Part shown: in pieces, positions 36,101 to 43,416 of the stretch
Layout of the letters: each line of letters starts with the position of its first letter
Position numbering within the stretch: position 1 is the stretch's first letter
From: a virus
IMG/VR virus record: IMGVR_UViG_3300045988_054045
DNA: 64,000 bases
Direction: 5' to 3' (one strand)
Translations under genes and position numbers: made by a program
Notes under the pieces: model-generated
What the model was told of the DNA's origin: nothing
Databases searched by the model: none
Seen by the model: only the letters and a program-made list of their open reading frames with translations

Positions 36101-36464
36101 TGATAATGGAGACATGGGTGGACGTCAATATGGTCCTAACCTAGAGGATTATACAAAGGTTATTGAAAATACCAACTATACTAATCCCTGGGATACAGCT
36201 GACATATATAATGACTACAACATAAGAATTGACTCAAATTCTGTAATTAATCTTGATGCTGACAAGAAGCTAAAATCTATAAGCTATAAGGGTAAAACCT
36301 ATAGTAAGGAGGTTCTAGTGAGTCTAGCTAAATCACTAGGTGGCTCTGAATCAGATTTAGATATACCTTATGTAACCAGAGTTGTTGATGGCATAAACGT
36401 GAAAGCTATTGATGGCTTACAGTATTCTGCAATCATAACTCAACTATTAGACAATCCTTGTTAA
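27171..36464 (+). CDS. Giant protein (3097 aa); crAss-type virion-packaged single-polypeptide RNA polymerase candidate (two-barrel / DPBB class)
   Basis: AARIPAQSMQSFMPMRVVGF...FWLQGSDLDIDKV contains the RxPxxxxxS element followed by DLDID (aa 2067-2071, nt 33369-33383). This mirrors the NRAPTLH...NADFDGD arrangement of the beta-prime and QDE-1 catalytic double-psi beta-barrel. Size and genomic context fit crAss-like vRNAP genes. Confidence 0.65.
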   Translation: MGKCKFNKNDSNLDLQDVLQDTLEEIWEEKDEFSRKAMFINSLKEIGEGYDITSLSDLADFIDAFVMEIAPALHDVVPSNMTTYLSGNSSNIDDTAEENPTKLDALDDPEGNADAKQRIRGFIVTNYGTATEIASAMEASVVDNIVKCFLVDREAGKVIKTEHEINEALRNYQETLLQDVVAYLKDVYSKLPSKDAQSALEKLSNLTMWKDGVYLNAVGELNAVGERFLHHSHFTADDLRRIYSRNRIIDKKFIKAYNSLVILNHFDDLLSSKLGKVLKINENFPKYSPEDRYSLTGTGANNSRNWGDKEKDVNMNDHVSDVTKLLVETTPVYTWGSSTPVADKKVKLDAFNYIISKIKGLANSPDIHNPALTFDGMFFLKYPQFEHLRSSIGGKSFYTLLSSASTGNVLENYHALFELLSDESFFNSNYELLRGFKSIEKNLVYSLRQGIFSSDTHSLFGIYKNNILDTNYYSFICQLVATASPLDFVQYRINEDGEIVRATLRDNLNRQLRNQLERSISSALSITAPTQYEPKVAKYNPRYEEDKVTDAKEGLRTVSVFRFQIPELNISVQFNPKAKRSNAFSISRDGKPLTTFNGKEDWEKALPFFKEFLYLDFVSDGPLVESYLALKTKNGNIQYESAISDLLQLSTSIFFNSYFSHNLVPKETSTQEFRRRQEEVFGAENLTSIKRGSKDIGILLPSYVPVMEDVAAAYAMTTDAYVSGIARDGEGRALSGVAMSMLGTNYRNQWVNQCMNPGSATNAFSLLNSSFLHRGMVVSREYKGKIGSKKHIDFNMSESFYTAFVSNYLCNIVGNTDAAFLPSVISDKSSLIHMVENLKSTSGLDKPYANLTKDETIAIINKELGDCYVKIINSITSEWEQLNSALRSIDTSLVFNNPVQYPLLASKKVIPVFNPMTNFAEVNAVYGNDSRKVLEEVLRVYQNIVRGKDLEIKDEVSFQGSKTLSFNRTLISLTNRFNPEYFTRAGLNVEEVFGKLTNSEDFWRIKEVELLTDLLDNDFMIETTDERGNALTTPEVAYLAKNKDWIKFSTKRVILAKYTNFGKTFDITKWSDLYSIGGYTENGITYNWGTPGFSFSKFLEIRGGELQLHPDLARFNVMDYLLSQEYVLSTVGTHANHPAKKATSSPNDLVEEAARYIAQHKRNVSYTAAKQVMIQGLINGILPEYTIAVIEDDTAPTYNPMGDHDEHGVKQYDGSTFVSPETMYLENNSLGGAKVGVDKKPFIHFYKEGSATGGIIKTAGFALTNFTMRNSKFYQRMVKKMWGKTWEFEGSLFNDNVLVDFQGNLIPYEDVYYKGTDGKFYMINSITYVPEDGTYMIIKSEVEPDGTIVRQLPAEITPKPGEGPRVTASGTTLYPVTTNFGLYQMFGGWNSYSKSEDGLIPSEVSVRNVVKAVNGVGVKVSDSVVSQSDVVQPLKWASIQYVVTAGAIKQGAANVNLKHAYFDDNPYLTMKFKTTDIGIQLDAEHNADESTLSIMTQVVNALSSRGYTSEQAGEVYEAMFALTEAGINDYVEGFRQYMDDSDPTKFKDAIISTIVKSIQNSTSRDGNLMQAVMDTLISDTKAGKLVKYKNVEGVIPFSDPSIFNGLCSAISSTLTKAAIRLQFNGSLAVLNPSHKIWKLYGDRMYDSFNNDEEIQKLQELYNSKPITNLSELRLGRHYTITVGDTTSTEFIETPQQYWDLRSRLTQSELMGIPFSIVENITAGRDLASYNFTFKDVDGNLYNMWDLDVVKNLYSTTDSKERILLRRELQNALGAVSNGRLDSVSINGAIVQVDKSSLQTQPFELIMPKIYASRFGLKRGDSLATIKNDDTFFLKRMLSNWESKVNDADFDIELKRLNGKHVYLVDKRVYKDTHLTPVEIETRWDGAKLYRVNSSGEKLHRLSDESDRIYTDVNGNEVIVTNNTQFYIDSFNYHTIKVSNSAAMSKDISKIIQPILSSKSKVASRFAKYIGKNDPTDIITYVNKLYSESISKLRINPRAKIEDPSIDAIRDSAAELHTSFIKSLDVLAARIPAQSMQSFMPMRVVGFDETDTNSAYVNYFQFWLQGSDLDIDKVSLLGYSFDRTGKYVGWSPYFNLSSQSALVESEKLPFPTNKELELVETDDTALTNWAYDFVGSGKLFNFSGSKVLFLPEYDLDNSLGSIQSLSNFLRMIKKNGGKLYIPKGSRLPFNEMKELIDRHNLYVRNSSNPEDMIKNFISSYMFKISDNPINLMQSQSSIDDAVALLKDIAKGSTEGQRTLQFTPGNVVNKYESMYDFQSGKKNVGIVASAIKVYDGLTHYYNTTLGSGDVMKQSGLLFNRVVCGKTFRLLANSYTSNLESVRNPEVLDALQNVDNDTDAKLVFSALMSAATDNAKDPILAKINAGPNMMGLYTYGTAIGIPLNDLAGTMMSKTARILSKLMDSNVFNRKDGMSITSAIKYIENGPSIGELDPEFISILKKEFGSGTDASDFVIGKMLQYRLSDLSKGHELIDSLRKRIRSMEASMNKVSMYKFLEELSDYIRFVYIINNDVITNSEGVQYRAIDSIKQLVQGASEMGRLRSIYALNQGLPNKVEDKFKFIDKFESIFEDRIREISGEEKESTVMVNGMVMKVSDVISKLRNLTNDESNPYRISFSRFMSDEEYRNTLIALYGGLKHSFNVLDAAWSVPHYRGYLETFHMDMEGNYMIMSKYRMMRDLGPRIIKDGSFYSSKERSNVYKKLQSFCDMTLRNTWMKTSEKVITVPAGVTIMNSIGNTFTTQGDTPIMLGTRWGNESFKMWMDSVVIPELKDIEPNEFIQSLSPIRLDRTLSGNSAFVYSLPTNMLPKSTSEIERLNRYKRAFNQLQGAPTYQGYPLTDLFFYYNLINFNNTVSQSSLTTIFEDIIRTKSSPLVEEFHKFTSVLDSNSELVEGVDFSYEEAQKWCAPIEDTNYSTSYYVRDYNNADMKYHLFVRKSNSADVGEVDGDFDYDSDYMDWVGDDYDNGDMGGRQYGPNLEDYTKVIENTNYTNPWDTADIYNDYNIRIDSNSVINLDADKKLKSISYKGKTYSKEVLVSLAKSLGGSESDLDIPYVTRVVDGINVKAIDGLQYSAIITQLLDNPC

Positions 36465-36465
36465 T

Positions 36466-37551
36466 ATGGCAGTATGTCTTAATAAAAATTCAGTAGAGTA
36501 CCAGACATTGTTGAAGATGTCTGGTCTCTCTGAATTTAAATTTAATGCTTTTACATCTACATTTGTAGATAAATTTGGTAGGTATCCAGAACTCGATGAG
36601 ATACCTGGGGCTGACTCTAGACCTTATCTGAATAACTCTTTGTCAGTCAAAACAATAGATGATACGAGTTTCGTAAAGAATGATAAGATATTTTCTCAAA
36701 CTGGCACAACAGATGTCAAAGAGGCTAATATTAGGATAAATAACACGTATCGAGACTTGGAGGTTAAGCTAACCCCTTCTAGTGAGGTGTCTACGATACA
36801 AGTTAGGAAACGCCCAAATAAATGGGACAATGTATATGAGGGGGGAATAATTATTGATGACTCCACATCTTCCTCTAGGAATGTTGGAGTTTTTAATAGT
36901 ATATTAGAGAAATTAGCAAACCTCTATGGTATTAATTTTATTAGCATTACTAACGGGGAACTATCCTCAGAACAATGGAAGGGAGTCGTAGATGATGCTA
37001 AAACAACTAACGCTTTCGTCTACAATGGTAATATATACATTAATATAGATAATTCTAGCATTGATGCTCCATTGCACGAAATGTTACACCTATTCTTGGG
37101 TTCAGTTAGGTACAGTGACCCTCAACTATATTTTTCAATGGTGGAGGCTATGAATGAATTACCTAACAAAGCACTATTGGCTAGAAATTATAAGGACAGA
37201 ACAGATTCTGACATAAATGAGGAATTGTTGGTGTTGGAGTTTTCAAAATATGTAACTGGACAAGATAGTATTATTAGTAAGTTGCCAGTTAATGTGCTAC
37301 ATAAAACATTCTACAATATGGGTAGAGTGTTAGACTCTATCTTATTTGGAGAGCAGAGTATAGCTACTATGGACACAAAGAGTCTATTCAACTCCTCTTT
37401 AGTAAAACTGTCTGAATATCTAGGTTCTGCACTAACTAATAATCAATATTCAGGAACCTTTAATGTTAAGTCAGCTGAGGTTCACAGAGTATTAGCTAAC
37501 GTTAAATCAGATTTAATGAAGAATAAAGACCTAAAAGAATTTTGTGGATAA
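36466..37551 (+). CDS. Putative zincin-type metallopeptidase (361 aa)
   Basis: There is a single HExxH, in APLHEMLHLFLGS (H204-H208, nt 37075-37089), in a hydrophobic helix context. The gene lies 1 nt after the RNAP gene and overlaps the next gene (TAATG). Confidence 0.4.
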   Translation: MAVCLNKNSVEYQTLLKMSGLSEFKFNAFTSTFVDKFGRYPELDEIPGADSRPYLNNSLSVKTIDDTSFVKNDKIFSQTGTTDVKEANIRINNTYRDLEVKLTPSSEVSTIQVRKRPNKWDNVYEGGIIIDDSTSSSRNVGVFNSILEKLANLYGINFISITNGELSSEQWKGVVDDAKTTNAFVYNGNIYINIDNSSIDAPLHEMLHLFLGSVRYSDPQLYFSMVEAMNELPNKALLARNYKDRTDSDINEELLVLEFSKYVTGQDSIISKLPVNVLHKTFYNMGRVLDSILFGEQSIATMDTKSLFNSSLVKLSEYLGSALTNNQYSGTFNVKSAEVHRVLANVKSDLMKNKDLKEFCG

Positions 37552-40500
37552 TGGGATGCATTTATGATTACAAAGGACATATCTTCCAATCTGAATTAGA
37601 ATTAGATGATTTCTTACTTGAAAGGGGACATTTAGTATCTAAGTATGGGGACATTGTGTTTAGTAAAAGCAATAGGGCTATCCAGACTTATGACTCCGTA
37701 ATGAACTTAAAGATGGATACTGAGGCTCTTAAAGCAAGTAAGATAATCTCTGAGGTTGAAGATGGAAAAAATGATATTGAAAACATTAATGTATCTGGAA
37801 ATGGATATATTGGTGTGAATAAGTTTCTACAAGGTCTTAGAAACTTGGAGGGGGACTTATTATTCCCAGAATTTAGACCTGAAAATTATTGGAAGGAGAT
37901 TAAGCCAAGATGGGCAGGAGGCAAGTTTGACAAAGAGGAGGCTGATGCAATATTTGGTGAGGGAGTAGAAACTAGACCTATTGTAAGTGATGAGGAGTTT
38001 GCTAGAGCAAGAGAGGTTATTGAAAACAAATGGAAAGCTCAGGGTAAAATTGGTACTGAACTGCATAAGGCAATACAAAAGTATTTCAGTGAATCAAAGA
38101 GTGGTAGGAATATAAGGGAATCAGATGATAACTTCCTAATCAATACGTATTTCCCATCTATATTAGACACTAAGCTAGTTCCAAGCAAGGTTATTGCAGA
38201 AACCGTCAAATACTGTAGAGACCTAGAGAAATCATTACAGAGAGAATTTGGTGAAGACTTGATATACCTTCCAGAAGTTGCAGTTTCTGGAACTACTTCT
38301 CAAATAGGAGAATCTGGAAATCCCAATAAGCTATTAGGAGTTATTGACTTACTAGTAATTGATGGAAGGGGAAATGCCCACATTATTGACTACAAGACAT
38401 CACCCAGACCATATGTAGGAACTGCTTCTGAAGCTGGGTATGATTCTGCTAAAATCTTGACCTTCAAATACCAGCTAGGTGTGTATGAGCGTCTATTAAG
38501 AAAATATGGAATAAACACTAGCGGTTCTAGGTTGTTTGTAGCCCCCATTCAGCTGTCAGATTTTAAGAGAGAAGGTGACGATTGGGTATACAGTGGTATA
38601 AAAGAATATTCAGGTCATGTAGAAGACTTGACTCAAGATATTAAGACAAATATTAATATACAAGAGAATATTGACGAATTCCTTCCAGCACCGTTTGTTA
38701 CTAAAGCTACAACGGAAAACCTACTCCAAACTGTAACCAGTGTAATGTCAAAGTGGTTCCCTAAATATGATAGCGTTCCAGGAGAAATCACGGATGATAT
38801 GGTAGCTGAAACTATAAAAGAAGGGAAGGGTGATAAGCCTAACCCTGAAACAGGTAAGTATGTATACTCTCCAAAAGGCAATGGGTATCCTCTTAAGGGA
38901 GATACATATGAGGAGCTATTTGTAAAGGTAAAAAGAAGGATGAATAGTATAGCCAACAATAAGATAAACACCACTCAGGTTATTAAGGAGGGTTTAATAA
39001 AGGCTATAGAGGATGAGAATCCGTACTATGAGTTTACAAAAGCACAAATTCCAGACAATCCTAGTGGAGTTAATGGATGGTTTCAAAGAAGAATGTCTAG
39101 ATATTGTAACCGTAATTGGGAAGTGGTCGACTGTGAACCTGCAGAATATCTAGGGTGCATACTACTCAGAAATAAATTTACTAATCAAATAGATGTAGTG
39201 AAAATTAGTACATCAATGCTAAAAAGGTCTAGAGAGTTAGTAAAGGGAAGACATGGTCTTACTGGAGCATTCGAAAGTGATATTATATCGCAGAATAAAC
39301 CTAACTCTTTGATGATGGAAAGTGTTAATGGTAATATAGAACTAATGGAAGCTATGTTAGTGCTTAATAATTTACCTAGTCTGTTTGAGGAGAACGCTAT
39401 AGTAGGAGAAGTTAGTGTATATAACCCATTTAGAGAGGAGGGTATATCTGCAGACAATAAACAGCTGTTATACTGCTTCAATGAGTTGGACAAGCTGTCT
39501 CCTATTGGCGTAAATAACATGAAGGGAAGAAACGCTGCTGTTAAGATGGCGAATAGGTATGATATATTCTATAACAGGTTTAGGGAGATTATATCTAATG
39601 TTAAGGATGATACTAAGATAAACAAGAAGTGGAGAAAGTTTACTGAATCTACCAGTGCTCTAGATGCTTGCATTGGAGACCCAACCCAGCTTAGACTAGA
39701 GCTTCTTAACCTTAGAAAAGAGTTTTTGGAAGCATTTCCTAACGTTAATGATACTAGACCTAACGATGATGTAATAGGTATGCCTCACGTCCAAGTATAC
39801 AGGATGCTAGAAATGGCTATTGGTGAAATAGACGGTCTTGACTTCAGACAGCAGCTTAGTGACCATGATAAGTGGTTAGAATCAATTTATGTATGGAAAG
39901 CTGGTATGGAAGGTACATATCTTGATAATCCTGGTAATATGAAGAGTCCTATCCTAAATAAGTTGACCTCTTTAGTAACTGTGGCTTATCAGAATATCAG
40001 GGATACCGTAAATAGGTCTCAGGGAGAAATCAGGAATTTAGTCAATGAATTAAAGAAGGACCAGAACTTCACCTATTTAAAGGAGAGGACAATAGGTAAT
40101 CAGGCTACTCTATACAGAGATATGATAGTATATACAGATGATGGTGATATACTACTAAAGAATCCAGACGACCCAACAACTGGGCTATCTGAGGCACAGA
40201 GGAAATTTCTGAAGTATTTTCTTAAAACGGTTAATTCCAACAGATTTAAGAATATGACTGAGGAAGAATTAGAGGAACTAAGGTTGTCAGGCGATGTTAG
40301 GTATTACAGGCTACCTCTAGCTGCTGGTAATGCTACATCTATTGCCTCAAGTAAGGGACTATTATCTGCAATAAAAGACAAGCTCCAGGATTGGAATCCA
40401 AAGAAGGCTGTAGAAAGGGCTAAAACAAAGGTAGAGGGCTTCTTAGACCCAACTGACGTTAAAATTGAGAAAGTCCGTAAGGGTGAGCTATGGGAGATGA

Positions 40501-42251
40501 CCAACTCATTTGATATTGGTGAAAAGGGTTCAGAGATACGATTAAGTCTAATAGAGGACAGGAAGCCAGAGTTCTTTGAAGCAAACCTTGAAACCCTGTT
40601 ACTTAAACATATTACTGCATACTCAGCTAAGGAACACTTAGATGAAATCTTCCCATCACTTCAAGCTCTAGCTATCCATTTAAGTGACATGGGTACTATT
40701 CTGAATGATAAGTTTGAAGATGATTTAAAGTATTTAAGTGACTACGTTAGAAATAAGATATTTAATCAATCTCTAATTTCTGACGACCGTAAACCTTTAG
40801 CGGCAATAACTGGAGGATTGATGGGATTTGCATCAAAGATTGCATTAGCATTCTCTCCAGTTCAAATGTATCAGCATTTAGATGGAATCTGGAAGGATAT
40901 ATCATTGGTAATAAGAAAACCAGATGGAGGTTTAGCTTTTACTAAGGAGAATATGACTAAGGCTTATAAGTATGCTATAGCTGATGCTATTCATTATGGT
41001 AATACCAAATCCATGTCAGAGTTATTAAATGAACAATATGGTCTTAATGATATGGACATGAATACTTATGCTGATAAGATAAAGTCAGACCAAGCAGGTA
41101 TATGGAACTTTTGGGCTTCAGCATTTAGATTTGCATCAAGACCTGACTTCTATAACAGAATGACTATATTCGGAGCACAAATGAGGGGTGACGGATGTTG
41201 GGAAGCACACTCTGTGGTGAATGGTAAGTTAGTTTATGACTGGAAGAAGGATAGTAGATTTAGTGCATATGCTAATGGTAATACGTCTAGTCCCGATTAC
41301 AAAAAGCAAGAAGCACTGTACTACACTATGGCACACCAGTTAGTTAAGGAGCACACTAGGAATGCAGATGGCTCATTATTCAGAGTGGGTGACGCTCTAC
41401 CAAAGGCATACACCGTTCAACAATCGGAGAGCCATAAGGCTTTAGCTGACTCTATATATGGATATTATTCTCATGAGAAGAAATCTATGTTTCAAAGTAC
41501 TCTAATTGGAGGTCTATTCTTCCAAATGTGCACATATTGGTCTTCTAAGAAGAATCAATATCTAGCCCCTGAAGGTATAAAACTACAGGGCAGACTAGTC
41601 CACTACGAAGAGAATGGTCAAAAGTATTATCACAAATTAGATGATAAGGGACAGCTTACAGATGAAGCAACTACTGAAGATACAGGATTTCCATTTTATA
41701 AATGGGAAGGACGATTTGAGGAAGGTATCTTATTGACTTTCACTAAGGTTTTAAATGACTTAGTAGTAGGTTCTTATAAAAAGGGTAGTATAAGAGAGGG
41801 ATGGAAACTAATGACTAATGACATCTGGAATAATGAAGATGAGAATCTTAGAAGGGCGTATAGGTCTAATTTACGTCAATTGTTCTATGACTTGTTCATG
41901 TTATTATTCGTTGGGGCAGTAGTCAGTGGCTCTTTGGCAGAATTTGTTAAGGATGATATTAAGGAGAGAGGTAATGATACCATGAATGATGCTGTAATAA
42001 ACACAACTCTATCTCTTGGTAGTAAGATACTTACCAACTCTGCTTATGACTTTAACTTCCTTGATGCTATTGCTGGACGAGGAACACAATGGACTCCATT
42101 CTCATTTGAAACACTTAACAGAACAGTAGATACATTCTCAAGTGTAATATCAGGAGATAAGTCTTTGTATCAGGGTTTAATTAATACTGTGGCAGCTACT
42201 AGAGCTACTAAGCCAATCTGGGATTATATAGACCCAACTAAGGAAGAATAG
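37551..42251 (+). CDS. Giant protein (1566 aa from ATG 37551) with an N-terminal RecB/Cas4-type PD-(D/E)xK nuclease domain
   Basis: All four RecB-family motifs are present. GTELHKAIQKY fits the G...H motif. GVIDLLVID contains motif II Asp (D266 or D271). AHIIDYKTS is the (D/E)xK motif (D280, K282). KYQLGVYERLL is QxxxY (Q308, Y312). The track start at 37542 is TTG, and ATG 37551 overlaps the upstream TAA. The C-terminal part has predicted TM-like segments (LFYDLFMLLFVGAVVSGSL). Confidence 0.7.
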   Translation: MGCIYDYKGHIFQSELELDDFLLERGHLVSKYGDIVFSKSNRAIQTYDSVMNLKMDTEALKASKIISEVEDGKNDIENINVSGNGYIGVNKFLQGLRNLEGDLLFPEFRPENYWKEIKPRWAGGKFDKEEADAIFGEGVETRPIVSDEEFARAREVIENKWKAQGKIGTELHKAIQKYFSESKSGRNIRESDDNFLINTYFPSILDTKLVPSKVIAETVKYCRDLEKSLQREFGEDLIYLPEVAVSGTTSQIGESGNPNKLLGVIDLLVIDGRGNAHIIDYKTSPRPYVGTASEAGYDSAKILTFKYQLGVYERLLRKYGINTSGSRLFVAPIQLSDFKREGDDWVYSGIKEYSGHVEDLTQDIKTNINIQENIDEFLPAPFVTKATTENLLQTVTSVMSKWFPKYDSVPGEITDDMVAETIKEGKGDKPNPETGKYVYSPKGNGYPLKGDTYEELFVKVKRRMNSIANNKINTTQVIKEGLIKAIEDENPYYEFTKAQIPDNPSGVNGWFQRRMSRYCNRNWEVVDCEPAEYLGCILLRNKFTNQIDVVKISTSMLKRSRELVKGRHGLTGAFESDIISQNKPNSLMMESVNGNIELMEAMLVLNNLPSLFEENAIVGEVSVYNPFREEGISADNKQLLYCFNELDKLSPIGVNNMKGRNAAVKMANRYDIFYNRFREIISNVKDDTKINKKWRKFTESTSALDACIGDPTQLRLELLNLRKEFLEAFPNVNDTRPNDDVIGMPHVQVYRMLEMAIGEIDGLDFRQQLSDHDKWLESIYVWKAGMEGTYLDNPGNMKSPILNKLTSLVTVAYQNIRDTVNRSQGEIRNLVNELKKDQNFTYLKERTIGNQATLYRDMIVYTDDGDILLKNPDDPTTGLSEAQRKFLKYFLKTVNSNRFKNMTEEELEELRLSGDVRYYRLPLAAGNATSIASSKGLLSAIKDKLQDWNPKKAVERAKTKVEGFLDPTDVKIEKVRKGELWEMTNSFDIGEKGSEIRLSLIEDRKPEFFEANLETLLLKHITAYSAKEHLDEIFPSLQALAIHLSDMGTILNDKFEDDLKYLSDYVRNKIFNQSLISDDRKPLAAITGGLMGFASKIALAFSPVQMYQHLDGIWKDISLVIRKPDGGLAFTKENMTKAYKYAIADAIHYGNTKSMSELLNEQYGLNDMDMNTYADKIKSDQAGIWNFWASAFRFASRPDFYNRMTIFGAQMRGDGCWEAHSVVNGKLVYDWKKDSRFSAYANGNTSSPDYKKQEALYYTMAHQLVKEHTRNADGSLFRVGDALPKAYTVQQSESHKALADSIYGYYSHEKKSMFQSTLIGGLFFQMCTYWSSKKNQYLAPEGIKLQGRLVHYEENGQKYYHKLDDKGQLTDEATTEDTGFPFYKWEGRFEEGILLTFTKVLNDLVVGSYKKGSIREGWKLMTNDIWNNEDENLRRAYRSNLRQLFYDLFMLLFVGAVVSGSLAEFVKDDIKERGNDTMNDAVINTTLSLGSKILTNSAYDFNFLDAIAGRGTQWTPFSFETLNRTVDTFSSVISGDKSLYQGLINTVAATRATKPIWDYIDPTKEE

Positions 42252-42255
42252 GATA

Positions 42256-42798
42256 ATGTTAATAGGAATTTCTGGTAAGAAACAGTGTGGTAAAGATACT
42301 ATATGCAAAATAATTAAAGCATTAGATGAAAGATGGGTAAAACATGCATTTGCAGATAAGCTAAAACAAGCTTTAGCTGTAATACTTGATGTAAAGGTGG
42401 AAGCTTTTGAAGATAATATATTCAAAATGTCAGATAGCACTATTGCTAAGCCAGAGGGAGGATTCTATACATATAGAGAATTGCTACAGAAGTTTGGAAC
42501 TGAGGTCGGAAGAAACATTAGCCCTAATGTATGGGTAGATGCTTTATTTTCCAACTATTCCTTAGAAGACGACTTTTGGGTTGTAACGGATGTAAGATTT
42601 CCGTCTGAAGCAGATGCTATCAGAGAACATGGTGGTATATTAATAAGGGTGAACAGAGACACAGGATACGTGGATAACCATCCGTCTGAAACCGCATTGG
42701 ATGATTATATGGACTTTGACTATATTATAACCAATGATAATTTAGATGATACTATTGAAAAAGTAAAAAACATAATGAAGGAAAACTACTTCATATAA
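42256..42798 (+). CDS. Deoxynucleoside monophosphate kinase-like P-loop kinase
   Basis: Motifs are GISGKKQCGKDT (P-loop), FADKLKQAL, LQKFGTEVGR and VTDVRFPSEADAIREHGGILIRVNR. The layout is that of phage dNMP kinases. Confidence 0.6.
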   Translation: MLIGISGKKQCGKDTICKIIKALDERWVKHAFADKLKQALAVILDVKVEAFEDNIFKMSDSTIAKPEGGFYTYRELLQKFGTEVGRNISPNVWVDALFSNYSLEDDFWVVTDVRFPSEADAIREHGGILIRVNRDTGYVDNHPSETALDDYMDFDYIITNDNLDDTIEKVKNIMKENYFI

Positions 42799-42804
42799 AC
42801 AATT

Positions 42805-42851
42805 AGGGCGATACTGGTGATTAATTTCACTGGTATCGCCCTTATTTTTTT
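42805..42851. terminator. Bidirectional intrinsic terminator at the convergence point of the + and - modules
   Basis: AGGGCGATACTGGTG (42805-42819) pairs with CACTGGTATCGCCCT (42828-42842) to form a 15-bp stem. It contains 2 G-U pairs in the + RNA, which become a 2x2 internal loop in the - RNA. TATTTTTTTT follows on the + strand. The - strand has an A-tract upstream and TTGTTTAT downstream. Confidence 0.7.
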
Positions 42852-42852
42852 C

Positions 42853-43416
42853 TTAATCCTTCTTTTCTACATATTCAGGTTCTCTTTCGTCCTGTTGCTT
42901 TAGATAAGTAAACATCTTCTTACCTAATGCTTTGTAATCTTTATCTTCTTTAGATTTAGAAGCTCTCTTAGCCATTCTAATTAATGTTCTCGTATTCTTT
43001 CTACTAAAGATTCTCTCCCCACCTTCTAATTCCATTTGAGTAGAACCATCAGGTGCAATTACCTTCATCTTAGGTAATTCCTCGTCCTCTTCAATATCGA
43101 GTTCATCTCCCTCTTCGATTCCAGAGCCTTGATTAACCTCTAATACAAACTTAACATTATCTTCTTCAGCTATATTCTCATTCTCAGGTTCTCCCTGATA
43201 TACTGATATTACTTCCATATCTTCACTAATAAAGATAATATCTAAAGGAACTTTAGTATCTTTCATCCAAAATCCTACAGTCTGAGGTCCTTCGAAGAAG
43301 AATAGCATACCCTCATCATCTTTTAGTTCTGTGACTCCCTGTAATCCCTTGATTCTTTCCTCCTCAGTCCTAGCACAAGTCACATTATATTCCTTGTCTC
43401 CTATTTCAATTTTCAT
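42853..43416 (-). CDS. DUF192-domain protein with an acidic linker and a basic C-terminal extension
   Basis: CARTEEERIKGLQGVTELKDDEGMLFFFEGPQTVGFWMKDTKVPLDIIFISED matches the DUF192 pattern A.T..ER..GLM....L....GMLF.f.....fWMknT..pLDiiF. The extra 80 aa, ...EEDEELPKMKVIAPDGSTQMELEGGERIF..., lies outside the domain. Confidence 0.65.
   Translation of the reverse strand: MKIEIGDKEYNVTCARTEEERIKGLQGVTELKDDEGMLFFFEGPQTVGFWMKDTKVPLDIIFISEDMEVISVYQGEPENENIAEEDNVKFVLEVNQGSGIEEGDELDIEEDEELPKMKVIAPDGSTQMELEGGERIFSRKNTRTLIRMAKRASKSKEDKDYKALGKKMFTYLKQQDEREPEYVEKKD

Noticed and set aside
19431-42440. Dozens of 60-134-aa minus-strand and alternate-frame ORFs inside the giant + strand genes, for example 22719-23063, 23577-23951, 24447-24827, 28150-28431, 29993-30397 and 38633-38974
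   Set aside because: All are fully nested in long uninterrupted ORFs. Their translations are Ser/Leu/Ile-rich and low in information, as expected for shadow frames of AT-rich coding DNA.
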